A stretch of DNA of 64,000 nt from Octopus vulgaris (taxonomy: Eukaryota), in assembly GCA_951406725.2 (NCBI GenBank), contig OX597816.1, positions 122,202,001 to 122,266,000 on the forward strand. Direction: 5' to 3'. The position numbers and the translations under genes were made by a program. Below, piece after piece: positions 1 to 11,116 of the stretch. Below the pieces are notes generated by a model that was not told where the DNA came from, ran no database searches, and saw only the letters and a program-made list of their open reading frames with translations. Position 1 is the first letter of the stretch, and each line of letters starts with the position of its first letter.

Positions 1-550
1 CTTTGAATTCGCAAATATATATCTGACTGTATGTTATGTCTCTGAATATTCCTGCTTCTATATAAGCACTTCTGTCTTCTGTTTACATGTAACTCTCTTC
101 ATTCCAATTTTGTCTCTATATGTGTGTTTCAATTTCTCCCTGTTTGCCCATGTATGTCTGTATGAGTGTCTGCATGTGAAAGTGCATGAGTATGCATTTG
201 TCTCATAACTATATATTTACTAGCAAAGCCATCAGATGCTATCTAGATATTGTGTCAAAGTAATATAAGAGAGAAGCATGTGATCTTAGGTAGAATTAAT
301 TGCTATGCGAAACATACTTTGTGTAACCAGCGCATTAAACTCTCACTTATTGTATTATACCAAGAGTATTAATATCACATAACAATAGGCATCAACAAAG
401 GGATATTTTTTTGTTACTTTTACTATACTGGCAACGTTGGATCATCTCACTCTCCACGTCGCCACCTCTCTCCCCATCTCTGTCTGTGTCTGTGTGTGTG
501 TGTGTGTGTGTATGTATGTGTATGTGTGCAATACGCAGACAATGAAATAC

Positions 551-607
<57 letters not shown>

Positions 608-721
608 CATGTCTTTCATTCTCTGCGTATTGCACACATATGAAACTAATATTTGTTTATAGAATATAGACAATGAAAGATGACGTAAACAAATAAAAGA
701 AAGAATGAGAAGGTTTAGGGT

Positions 722-1180
722 AAGGGTGGCTTCCCAACCATATGGTTCCGGGTTCACTCCCACTACGTGGCACCTTGGGCAAGTGTCTTCTACTATAGCC
801 TCGGACCAATCAAAGCCTTGTGAGGGGATTTGATAAACGGAAACTGAAAGAAACCTATTGTAGGGACCGCTCGGACTCTCACCTTCGCCATGAACAGTAT
901 TTAATCTTCTCTCTTGGCTATTTTGCCCCTCCTCTCTTCATCTGACACCTACTTTCTCTCCTCACTCCTGTCCACCTCTCCTCCTCTCTTTATCTTACTC
1001 CTACTTCCTCTCTTCACTCCTAACCACTTCCTCTCTTCATTGAACTCCCCACCGATAGAAGAGACCGATAGAATAAGTTCTAGGCTTAGAAAGAATAAAT
1101 CCTGGTGTCGATTTGTTTGCCTAAATGTGGTACTCCAGCACAATCGCAGTCAAATGACTAAACAAGTAAAAGAATAAGAG
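722..1180 (+). mobile_element. tRNA-derived SINE (family A, CORE-like CCTTGGGCAAGTGTC), head 722-858 and tail ~1060-1180 split by a C/T-rich insert
   Basis: B-box-like GGTTCACTCCC and CCTTGGGCAAGTGTCTTCTACTATAGCC; tail GACCGATAGAATAAG...CAGTCAAATGACTAAACAAGTAAAAG shared with copies at 4261, 16322, 36478 and 63724. Confidence 0.8.
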
Positions 1181-1890
1181 AAATATAATCGTATTAAGAA
1201 TTTAAAAAAACTTATCAACATTCACTAACATAATTTCATTATGGATAGTGGCTTCGATTTTGTTCCATACTGAAAACTATTTCTTTTCGATGTAAATTAA
1301 AAAAAGAATAGATAACACACTAAGTAGAAAACATAAAAATAAAGCTGTCAGTGCCGTTGTTTCTTTAGGTTTCACCTTCAGTACTACCGTTGGGAATTTG
1401 GCTTTGGAAAAATATACAATTCCAACTTACAAGTTTGAAAATAACTTTGAAATTTTCACGACGAATTTATCAACTGATATGTTAACGGCAGCCTATATTT
1501 CAACCACGGGAGCGAGTGCAATATTTAATCCTATCTAAAGCATCAGACAATTAAAATTACAGATCACACATCGTTTTGATACTAGAATAAATTCTCTTTC
1601 GCCAACTTCAAAAGAGCACACAAAGCAGATAGAGAGACCGGATACAAATTGCCGTTACGTCGAAATTTAACAACCAACCGGAAGACAGTAATACAATTTT
1701 CCACTAGACTTCTATCAACTTATCAAACCAGAATTACTTCAACGTATTGCCTCCGTTAGAAGATTATGTCGAGCACGAAACTTGAAGTAACGAGAAATTA
1801 AGTCACTGGATTACAAATGAAAGAACGAACGAAATAACATTTGTGTGTGGGTGGGTGTGTGTACATGTACATATTTATATAGATTTGTAC

Positions 1891-1964
<74 letters not shown>

Positions 1965-1973
1965 TATACATAC

Positions 1974-2022
<49 letters not shown>

Positions 2023-2023
2023 C

Positions 2024-2080
<57 letters not shown>

Positions 2081-2222
2081 CATATATATATATATATATA
2101 CACATATATATGCATATATATACATACATAAATATATATATATATACACACATATATATGCATATATATACATACATAAATATATATATATTTACATACA
2201 TATATGTATATATATATATATT

Positions 2223-2290
<68 letters not shown>

Positions 2291-2297
2291 TAATATA
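1891..2297. repeat. Compound (TA)n/(TACA)n microsatellite
   Basis: Seen directly; source of the YI-repeat ORFs. Confidence 0.95.
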
Positions 2298-2694
2298 TGA
2301 AAGAAAGAGAGTGAGAGAGAGATACTCAGCTACAGATACACATATAAACCCACAAACTCAATATGTATATTTTCCTATCAAACACGCAAACACACGAATG
2401 CATACATATTTCGCTACAGTGCACTTATGCAATATCTATGCATATATATTATATTACAAAACACTTTTAGGAGGCAGAAGGATATCGTTTTCTATAACAA
2501 TTGGCCACATCGACCAACCTAAAATACATGAACTTAGTTAACCAGTCAATAACAAGATTTCTCTGTTGTCTTACTGTTTTATGTATGATTATTTGATAAC
2601 CCACTGTCTTACATAAATGTTTGTATGATCTAAATGGATTCTTTAATTGATATTAACCAGACAGATACTGTTTGTAAATCTCCGTCTAATCCCA

Positions 2695-2907
2695 TCCAAG
2701 GTAGTGCTGAAAAGTTCCTGGCTTTGGATAAAAGACTATACAGGCGGATCAGTTAATTATGATTTTATTTAAATATTCTCCTCTCAGATTCACTCACAGC
2801 AATTCTTCAGTTTTTCTATGCGCTGTAAAGGAATTCGGAAGGAATGGCCTGCAGCCAGGCCTTTCTCCACACCCTTAATGCCAGGAATTTTTCAGTTCCT
2901 CCTCGTA
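2695..2907. mobile_element. Mariner-type MITE, copy 1
   Basis: Imperfect TIRs CAAGGTAGTGCTGAAAAGTTCCTGGC / GCCAGGAATTTTTCAGTTCCTCCTCGTA; homologous over its length to 8245-8461. Confidence 0.75.
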
Positions 2908-3365
2908 TATATTCATATTTGTATGTGGATACCAGCAAGGATGCGTCTACATTGTATGTCGATCATCCGATGCCAAACCTACTTCAAATATTGCATATGT
3001 ATATATATGTATAATCCCATGAAGGAGATCTTTGCATTATTGTTAGTCCTCAATCTCTCCCAAACTGCCGTCATATATGTATACATGTGTATACAAGCCA
3101 ACGAGGACAAAGTGTTAGAGCGACCTGATTGAAATAGTAGCTACATGTTCCTGAAACTACAACCCATTGTTTTATTGACTGCTTTCTTCTTCAAGCCATA
3201 TTTCACAGTATTATGTTTATATATGTGAGGATGTATGTGTGTGCAGGTATATATAATCATAATCACGCTGTTGGTGCGTTTTAAGTAATGCATATACACG
3301 CACACACGCACACACTCACACTCAAGCAAACACAAATACATGAGTATACACTATATGCATATAGA

Positions 3366-4262
3366 CCATCGACTTTCTAGACCTGCACCCGATTATCTAT
3401 TTTGCTTAATCAAAAAGAAAAAAAAATCTTGTCCCTGTATCTACAATAGTTGCTCGCCGAAGGAACCTAAGGCTTCGGGAGGCGGGGGAGAGTCTCCGGA
3501 CAAAGTGGAAGAGCTCCACTCTCTCGAAGTCAGGAAGAAAAGAAAAAAAAGAAGGAAGAAGAACGGGTCATCTCAGCGGGGAGATGATGTGCCGTCTGCA
3601 TGTCCCGAAGTTGAGCCACCAAAAGTAGAAGAAACCACCCCACCCTTAAAGATGACCAATTAATTATCTTTTTCTATAAGAGTGGGGAGGTGGAAACAAT
3701 AGTAGAACATAAAGAGACAGTAGATATGCCCTTCACACGTGATCCCGAATGGCCTCCGCATATAGCTGTGGAGGTCATAAGGTTTCCCTTGTGGGAAAGG
3801 CTTAAAGGATTTGGGGAGGAGTGTCGCATATGGCCGGGTGGCCCTTACTCGACTTACATGTGAGGCATGAGAAATTGCGGGATACAGGAACTCAAGCGGC
3901 ATTGAAGATAATGATGAATATATCGATGGATATATCGAAGAGTAGAAGGTGAAAGACCCTCGTTATAGGGTTTGAAACCTCATCTTATTGTATTATTTGT
4001 AGTGGTTTATAACCTCAATTGTGTGTTTAAAAAAACATGTTAAGTAAGAGGTTTTAGTGCCTCCTTCTTGTAAGAGGTTTGAAACCTCATATTGATTTTT
4101 AAAAAAAGAAAATATGTTTTCGAGAAAAATCCAATCGGCGGGTGTTGGGTTTCGTCTCTCATTTATTCATTCTATTTCATTTTCATTCATTAATGTGTTT
4201 GTCCAGCCCGCAAAGCTACACACTCTTTGTACTGTCTATGATGACAAATTTTATGAAATAAA
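3366..4262 (+). other. Unclassified GC-richer, frameshifted coding-like segment with hairpin-repeat 3' region and AATAAA (probable retro-sequence)
   Basis: ORF 3340-3663 with basic RKKRKKRRKK run continues in another frame (DDQLIIFFYKSGEVET...GGPYSTYM); GAGGTTT-AAACCTC-type hairpins 3967-4088; AATAAA 4257-4262. Confidence 0.4.
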
Positions 4263-4641
4263 GTAGTTTGCTTACGAACTACATGGTTTCGGGTTCAGTC
4301 CTACTGCGTGGCACCTTGGGCAACTATCTTCTACTATACCCTCGAGCCAACCAAAGCCTGGTTAGTGGATTAGGTAGACGGAAACTGAAAGAAGCCCGTC
4401 GTATGTGTATATATATATATATGTGTGTGTATATATGTTTGTGTGTGTCTGTGTTTGTCTCCCCAACATCGCTTGACAACCTATGCTGGTGTTTTTACGT
4501 CCCCGTAACTCTAGCGGTTCGGCAAAAAATGACCGATAGAATAAGTCCTAGGCTTCCAAAGAATAAGTCCTGGGGTCGATGTGCTCGACTAAAGGCGGTG
4601 CTCCAGCATGGCCACAGTTAAATGACTGAAACAAGTAAAAG
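4261..4641 (+). mobile_element. SINE family A (5'-truncated head)
   Basis: GGTTCAGTCCTACTGCGTGGCACCTTGGGCAA, internal TA/TG microsatellite, conserved tail ...AAATGACTGAAACAAGTAAAAG. Confidence 0.85.
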
Positions 4642-5254
4642 ATTAATACTTAAACAAAATCGAATACCACGGACCACCTTCGTAATGTAGCACGCAACAG
4701 TTCCTCTTTTGAAATGTAACTGTCGAGCATTTGACAGTTACGATTAGATTTTATTCTGTTACACTTTACCTACCTTATATTCTTTTATGCTGAGACACTG
4801 TACGCTCCTCGATGATTTGTACTTTACAGAGAAAAGTTTTTAGAGGGCTACTACGTGGTGATAGACGTAGCTTTAAATATTTTTGCATATCTATATCCAT
4901 AAGAGGAAGGAGTGCATTTTGTTCTACATGATAAACACATGTGAGTCGTGACAGTTTGGTGGTGCTGAAAAAGTTATTAATAATAGTCGTGAAGGTGTCC
5001 TCACATAATCATGCCTAATTAAAATAGATGTCGGATAATCAGTTGCCGGAATACTAGTAGTGTACGATACCTCGTATACCGATGGTATACGCACAGACAT
5101 ATACATGCATATAGACACTCGCATCTATAGCAACTTGTAAAGTCATACATATATATGTGAAATAATGTAGCTAAAGGAAAATTACCCACCCTGCATTCTA
5201 ATTACAAATAGCGTTAACGTCTCATATATGTAATACATATTTATTTACTACTCA

Positions 5255-5460
5255 CAAACACAGAGAGGACAAACAAGGACAGACAAACGGATTAAGTCGA
5301 TTATATCGACCCAGTGCGTAACTGGTACATATTCAATCAACCCCGAAAGGATAAAAGGCAAAGTAGACATCAGCGGAATTTTAACCCAGAACGTAGCGGC
5401 AGACGAAATACCTCAAAGCATTTCGCCCGGCGTGCTAACGTTTCTGCCAGCTCACTGCCT
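5255..5460 (-). mobile_element. tRNA-derived SINE family B
   Basis: Reverse strand GGCAGTGAGCTGGCAGAAACGTTAGCACGCCGGG...GCCTTTTATCCTTTCGGGGTTGATTGAATATGTACCAGT; many homologues in the window; core resembles the Meta-domain (from memory). Confidence 0.8.
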
Positions 5461-5699
5461 TTCATATATGTAATACAGTGAGTTATGGAACCTGAATCAG
5501 ATGAGTTTATTCCAAAAATTAGAAGATAAAAATCTCTGGTAAGGATAGCAACAAACAAGGGTGATAAATCCAATAAGGTCGTTTGCGTGAAATTTTTGAC
5601 AATAAGAACAATAATACATGAAGTAGTTCGAGTAAGCACCAGCACACTGATGAAAGTAATGGCCATGCTTTGACCTGAATAGACTTCATAAATGAAGCA

Positions 5700-7100
5700 T
5701 ATTCTACTCAGATAACAAAGTTAAGAGTGATCAATACATATCTGTATTTGTTATGCAGAGCGTACTTCAACACAATGTCTATTTCTATATCAATATCGAT
5801 CAGTATTAGTTTAGCGAAACCAGTAGATATGCTTCACCGACGATGTCTAATAAGACCAAGACCAATTGTCCTTGAGAATTAGATACACCCCATGTGGCAT
5901 TGTTTATTGTACAGAATCTTCGATCAGCAGAAGTAATTGATATTTTTTTAAAAAATGGTATATTAATGTGAAAAATGTATATCTGACAATCTATATTGTA
6001 GAAAACGATCAATATATGAACTGTATGTGACAGAATAAATTATAAATTGAAGAATGATTTTCAAGTCATGTTGGCAGAGTTTATTTCAACCACCAGAGTT
6101 TTGCTTGTATTATTCAGAAGTGTATTATATTATGTTGGTAAATATAATGATATTTACCCATAACAGGAAAATTAGGGAAAAATGAATTAAAATGAGCAAT
6201 AAACAAAATATCGATGTAGATCCTAATACAAAAATTTAAGTGGGAAGGATATAAAGGATTGGACAAAATCTAATCATATTACGTAGACTTATATTGCATG
6301 AAATAAATGATTGTTCAGTGTTAAGGTAAAGACTAGAGTAATATAATAACGGGAAAATATTTTAAACGCACTAGTACACTTATCCTCACAGTTGTTTGGG
6401 TTCGGTTTGTAATGTCACAGAAGATATGTTTGCTGTTTATCTATCAGAACAGCATTGGAGGAAAAAGTTACAGAGGTTTAAAAATCGAAAAAAAACAACA
6501 AAAAACAAACTGTATTTATAGCCAATAGAGAGACAGGAATTTTCTGCGTTTAGTGCGGCGGTTTCAACTTTAAGGTTGTATCCTGTGAAATTTATAGTTT
6601 TTTTAGCGTCTATGAAATGACTTCTTCATTGTAGGTTTCTAAATAAAACAAAAATACCTAATAAAATCAATTTGTATCATCTTACTGTTTATTTTGTCGC
6701 TTCGTTGATTGTATGCTTTTATTATTTTTAAAATTTGTAACATTAATATATTTGGCTCCATGTGTTTACGCGTATTTCAGTATTATGATTACCTGTCATA
6801 TATTTGTGTACAGCATTAATATATATGTGCATGTATGTGAAAAGGGGGCATCTGTCTCCAAAACTTCGATGTTGAGTAACGTTGTCATGCTTGGATTTGT
6901 ACACTACGATAAGAATAACACTGGTCAACAAAGAATTTGTCGCAAGAAGAATACTTGTATCTTATATGTTTTTGCAAGCAAAGTTCAAAAATTATGTCAA
7001 ATTATCTGTACTAAGTTCACATATTCCATTTCCCTTCACAATGCCAAGAAACTGTATAAACATCGCAAACAACTTTTGCTATATATGAAAAATACGTAAA
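5700..7100 (+). pseudogene. Possible highly decayed piggyBac-like transposase relic
   Basis: Only scattered motifs read by eye (FTDDV; Cys-rich RICRKKNTC...KLCQIIC near 6930-7020); no intact ORF. Confidence 0.25.
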
Positions 7101-7226
7101 ATATTAAGACAATTGGTGAAAAATATCTATAATAAAATTCTAGTTGATAAATAAATTTTTTTTATTAAAACAAAACACGCGGGTGAAATAAATCTTGTGT
7201 GAAGAATCAACACAATACCATGTGCG

Positions 7227-7240
7227 GTTGTCATGGTAAC
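7227..7240. promoter_or_regulatory. RFX X-box motif GTTGTCATGGTAAC
   Basis: Near-palindromic match to the GTTGCCATGGCAAC-type RFX consensus in unique sequence. Confidence 0.45.
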
Positions 7241-7460
7241 AAGCTGTTAAAGCCTCGCTCTTTGTTGATTAGCTAAAATTTCTCAAATTTGCCAACTCTT
7301 ATTCAAGATTCTTTAATTTACGAGATAAAATAATTGGTTGATCGTAATCAAAAAACAGAGTTGCATCGATATACCAAAATTGAAAGTAATCTGAACAAAA
7401 TTAAAGGCTAAAGGGGGATGATTTTGCGAATGAAAGAGACTAGGTCCATTTTCTTTTCTC

Positions 7461-7497
<37 letters not shown>

Positions 7498-8009
7498 GGG
7501 TTCAGCAATATGTGTTGATGCAGTAGAAAAACACTTTAAGTAGCGTAATTCTACATATTCAACAGCACATTGTAAAAATTCATATCTCAATACAAAATTC
7601 TAAACTTGTAATTGTTTACTGAAAGTTCTTGTGAGTTTTATGAGTTAAACATCTAAGAGACGAATGAAAAAATAAAATTGGAAATTTCAAAAATTTGTTT
7701 CATTCTTGTCTTTGTAACCGGCGGTAGAATCTGTATTTTTGATATTTTTCGAAATTTTGTCTAGGTATACATAAATAAATGTACACATGCCTACACACAT
7801 ATCATTGGACATAAACAAATATTTACACACACACACGCGCGCCCGCATATATGTATTTAGAAACTTTTAGTAATATGTATATATATTTGGATTTATGTTA
7901 TACTGTGCTCATTTAATATATATTATTACATACATACACAAACACACGCATCCATTAAATATATGTATAAATATATGTTGGACTGCTGAAATCTACAAGT
8001 TTTTTCATT

Positions 8010-8160
8010 CTCTCTCTATTTTCTCATTCCTTTCTGTTGAAGAGAGTAAGCTCGAAATATAAAAGACTTGTTCATTTTCCCGTGCGTCAAACTAAAACAC
8101 TTGCTTGTTGTTGATACACCTGTCTTTGTAATTTGTTTTTCTATAACTTTTAACTGTATA
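8010..8160 (+). mobile_element. Short dispersed repeat (Penelope pLTR-like) with minimal hammerhead-like motif at 8029-8066
   Basis: CTTT-CTGTTGAA-GAGAGTAAGCTC-GAAATATA-AAAG; homologous to 36290-36475. Confidence 0.5.
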
Positions 8161-8244
8161 AATATATATATTTGTATATATGTGCGTGTGTATATATATA
8201 AGCACACATAGAAGTATATATGTATAAATATATTCATAAGCATA

Positions 8245-8461
8245 TACAAGGTGTTGCTGAAAAGTTCTTGGTTTTGGATAAAAGAAAATACAGGATGAGT
8301 TAATTATGATTTTATTCAATATATTCCCCTCTCAGATTCACACACTTATTGCATTGATCCTTCAGTTTTCTAAGCCTTGTAAAAGAATTCGAAAGGTTGG
8401 GCCCCCAGTCAGGCTTTTCGCGATACCCTGAAAGCCAGGAACTTTTCAGCATCCTTTCGTA
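8245..8461. mobile_element. Mariner-type MITE, copy 2
   Basis: TACAAGGTGTTGCTGAAAAGTTCTTGG ... CCAGGAACTTTTCAGCATCCTTTCGTA TIRs with TA ends; homologous to 2695-2907. Confidence 0.8.
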
Positions 8462-8487
8462 TATCTAAGTGCGTATATAAACATGCA

Positions 8488-8543
<56 letters not shown>

Positions 8544-8550
<7 letters not shown>

Positions 8551-8910
8551 AAGAAGTAAATATATGGCACAACGAAGTACCGATATTTACTGGAAATAGC
8601 GAACGTAATAATACGACGCTAATGTATAGCTTCACCGCGTATGTAGTAGCAAAGATGCGTGAGTGCAACAAACTAGAAAAAATTGTCTTACCTCCAGGGA
8701 CAACATCTGAAAGATGAAATACCTTTTCTAGGTATTTCATGTTTCAGATGTTCTCCCTGGAGGTAAGACAATTTTTTCTAGTTTGTTGCACTCACGCATT
8801 TTTGCTACTACATACGCGGTGAAGCTATACATTAGCGTCGTATTATTACGTTCGCTATTTCCAGTAAATTTCGGTACTTCGTTGTGCCATATGTTTACTT
8901 CTTTGTATAT
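8544..8910. repeat. Long fold-back palindrome (181-bp arms, 5-nt loop) inserted in (TA)n
   Basis: 8544-8724 is the reverse complement of 8730-8910 with about 5 mismatches; loop TTTCT. Confidence 0.95.
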
Positions 8911-8966
8911 TTTTCCCTCACGGGCTATTCTCTACTGGAAAGCAATACTCTAGTATTGCATTACTA

Positions 8967-9020
<54 letters not shown>

Positions 9021-9031
9021 GTGTGTGTATA

Positions 9032-9108
<77 letters not shown>

Positions 9109-9363
9109 ATTTTTTTTTTAAATTAACAATTGAGGATAAAATCTTTAAAAGAAATTATCAGTAGTCAGCGTGAAAAACCTTGTAAGAGAAAAAATCCGTA
9201 AATTCTTCCTCTTTGAAAATATTCATTTATATTATATTGAGGCTACTACTATTCGTAGATACCAACACGCTAAGAGGGAGCAATGCGGTCAAAACTACTA
9301 AAAATAAACAAAATTTTACCGAATGCAAAACTTCAAAACACATCATTTTAAAAAAAGAATTCA

Positions 9364-9430
9364 GTTACATATCACATGTGATTTCGCATTTAAATGCAGA
9401 ATATGCATTTTTATGTTCATCAGTGCAACA
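9364..9430 (-). ncRNA. Type I hammerhead ribozyme motif (minus-strand copy)
   Basis: Reverse strand TGTTGCA-CTGATGA-ACAT..ATGC-GAAA-TCACATGTGA-TA-TGTAAC. Confidence 0.7.
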
Positions 9431-9984
9431 AACTCAAGAAATATAAGAGAAAAACATAACATTACAAGCTCGATAGCCAACCGTAGAATTCGTCGTAGCA
9501 TGTGCGAATGTTTATCTTTACATATCTATGAAAATGGCGGGCTTATTCGCAATGCATTTCGGTAACAAATTGTCTATTCGGAATAAAAATTCAGTATTGA
9601 ACTATTCCGGTGAAAAATATAAATTAACAATTGAGGATAAAATCTTTAAAAGAAATTATCAGTAGTCAGCGTGAAAAACCTTGTAAGAGAAAAAATCCGT
9701 AAATTCTTCCTCTTTGAAGATTTTTTCTCTTACAAGGTTTTTCACGCTGACTACTGATAATTTCTTTTAAAGATTTTATCCTCAATTGTTAATTTATATT
9801 TTTCACCGGAATAGTTCAATACTGAATTTTTATTCCGAATAGACAATTTGTTACCGAAATGCATTGCGAATAAGCCCGCCATTTTCATAGATATGTAAAG
9901 ATAAACATTCGCACATGCTACGACGAATTCTACGGTTGGCTATCGAGCTTGTAATGTTATGTTTTTCTCTTATATTTCTTGAGT

Positions 9985-10054
9985 TTGTTGCACTGATGAA
10001 CATAAAAATGCATATTCTGCATTTAAATGCGAAATCACATGTGATATGTAACAA
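9985..10054 (+). ncRNA. Type I hammerhead ribozyme motif (plus-strand copy)
   Basis: Stem I TTGTTGCA/TGTAACAA, CTGATGA 9993-9999, stem II with AAATGCA/TGCATTT, GAAA 10031-10034, palindromic stem III ATCACATGTGAT, AUA cleavage triplet ending at 10046. Confidence 0.75.
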
Positions 10055-10181
10055 TTCTTTTTTTAAAATGATGTGTTTTGAAGTTTTGCATTCGGTAAAA
10101 TTTTGTTTATTTTTAGTAGTTTTGACCGCATTGCTCCCTCTTAGCGTGTTGGTATCTACGAATAGTAGTACCCTCAATATA

Positions 10182-10244
<63 letters not shown>

Positions 10245-10527
10245 TGGCACTTCGACGGTTACGACGACGAATTTTCCAGTCGATCTGATGAAAGGTACAG
10301 CCTGCTCGTGATATTAACGTGCAAGTGGCTGAGCACTTCTCTGATACGCGTACACTTAAGGTAGTTCTTAGGGAGATCCAGTGTGACACAACGTGTTTAG
10401 GCCGGCCATTTGAAATAGAGAGCCTATGCATTTTTGCCAGAGGAGTGAACTGGCGCTACGTGAAAGAAAGTGTCTCGTTCAAGAATACAACACGCTGCCG
10501 GGAATCGAATTCATTATCCACTAAGCC
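10245..10527 (-). mobile_element. tRNA-derived SINE family C (V-domain-like), internally deleted
   Basis: CATTTTTGCCAG..GAGTGAACTGGCGCTACGTGAAAGAAAGTGTCTCGTTCAAG..GGGAATCGAA shared with 26250-26494. Confidence 0.65.
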
Positions 10528-10537
10528 ACACACACAC

Positions 10538-10613
<76 letters not shown>

Positions 10614-10881
10614 ATGCCCACGGATAATACAAACTACACTTTAATCATCCCAGGAATACGGACTGTTATCTTAAGAGAAGTGATTTGTGGAAACGCGCGT
10701 AGCGATGCATTGAAATATTTCTAAATGCCATCCAAGGATTATTGTTATTATTACTATATTTATCCTACATTATATCAGTATAGCTAGGTGCTACTGCAAA
10801 AACTGGTTCACCACTCACCATCATTAGACTGTAAGCCAGCATAATGGAATAGGAGCTTTATTTGCATATTCAAGTAAACAA

Positions 10882-10931
<50 letters not shown>

Positions 10932-11017
10932 CATACATACATACATACATATGAGCTACATACATGCAAACACACCCACACACACAATACACACATACGT
11001 ATATATATATATACATA

Positions 11018-11116
11018 GGCGTAGGAGTGGCTGTGTGGTAAGTAGCTTGCTTACCAACCACTTGGTTCCGGGTTCATTCCCACTGCGTGACACCTTGGGC
11101 AAGTGTCTTCTACTAT
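11018..11116 (+). mobile_element. SINE family A, 5' half (interrupted by LINE)
   Basis: GGCGTAGGAGTGGCTGTGTGGTAAG...GGTTCATTCCC...CCTTGGGCAAGTGTCTTCTACTAT; continues at 16322. Confidence 0.85.

Larger units (their letters stand above)
9120..10187. mobile_element. Non-autonomous Penelope-like/retrozyme element: 501-bp unit as partial tandem plus head-to-head inverted copy
   Basis: Direct repeat 9120-9217 = 9621-9718; inverted arms 9227-9697 / 9719-10187; hammerhead fold in each arm; flanked by (TA)n; T10 at 9110-9119. Confidence 0.8.

Noticed and set aside
1369-1800. Possible exon after TTCTTTAG (55 open codons) or Gypsy gag remnant
   Set aside because: No recognisable domain, no splice donor, and stops follow; not supportable
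392-2541. Many ORFs rich in YI/CV/HT repeats here and throughout the window
   Set aside because: Stop-free translations of (TA)n, (TG)n and (CA)n microsatellites
9213-10187. Paired ORFs on both strands (77-108 aa)
   Set aside because: Consequence of the inverted repeat; frames differ between arms because of a 2-bp indel, so no coding constraint
10285-10320. CTGATGA as a possible hammerhead core
   Set aside because: Lies inside a SINE; no stems or GAAA in register
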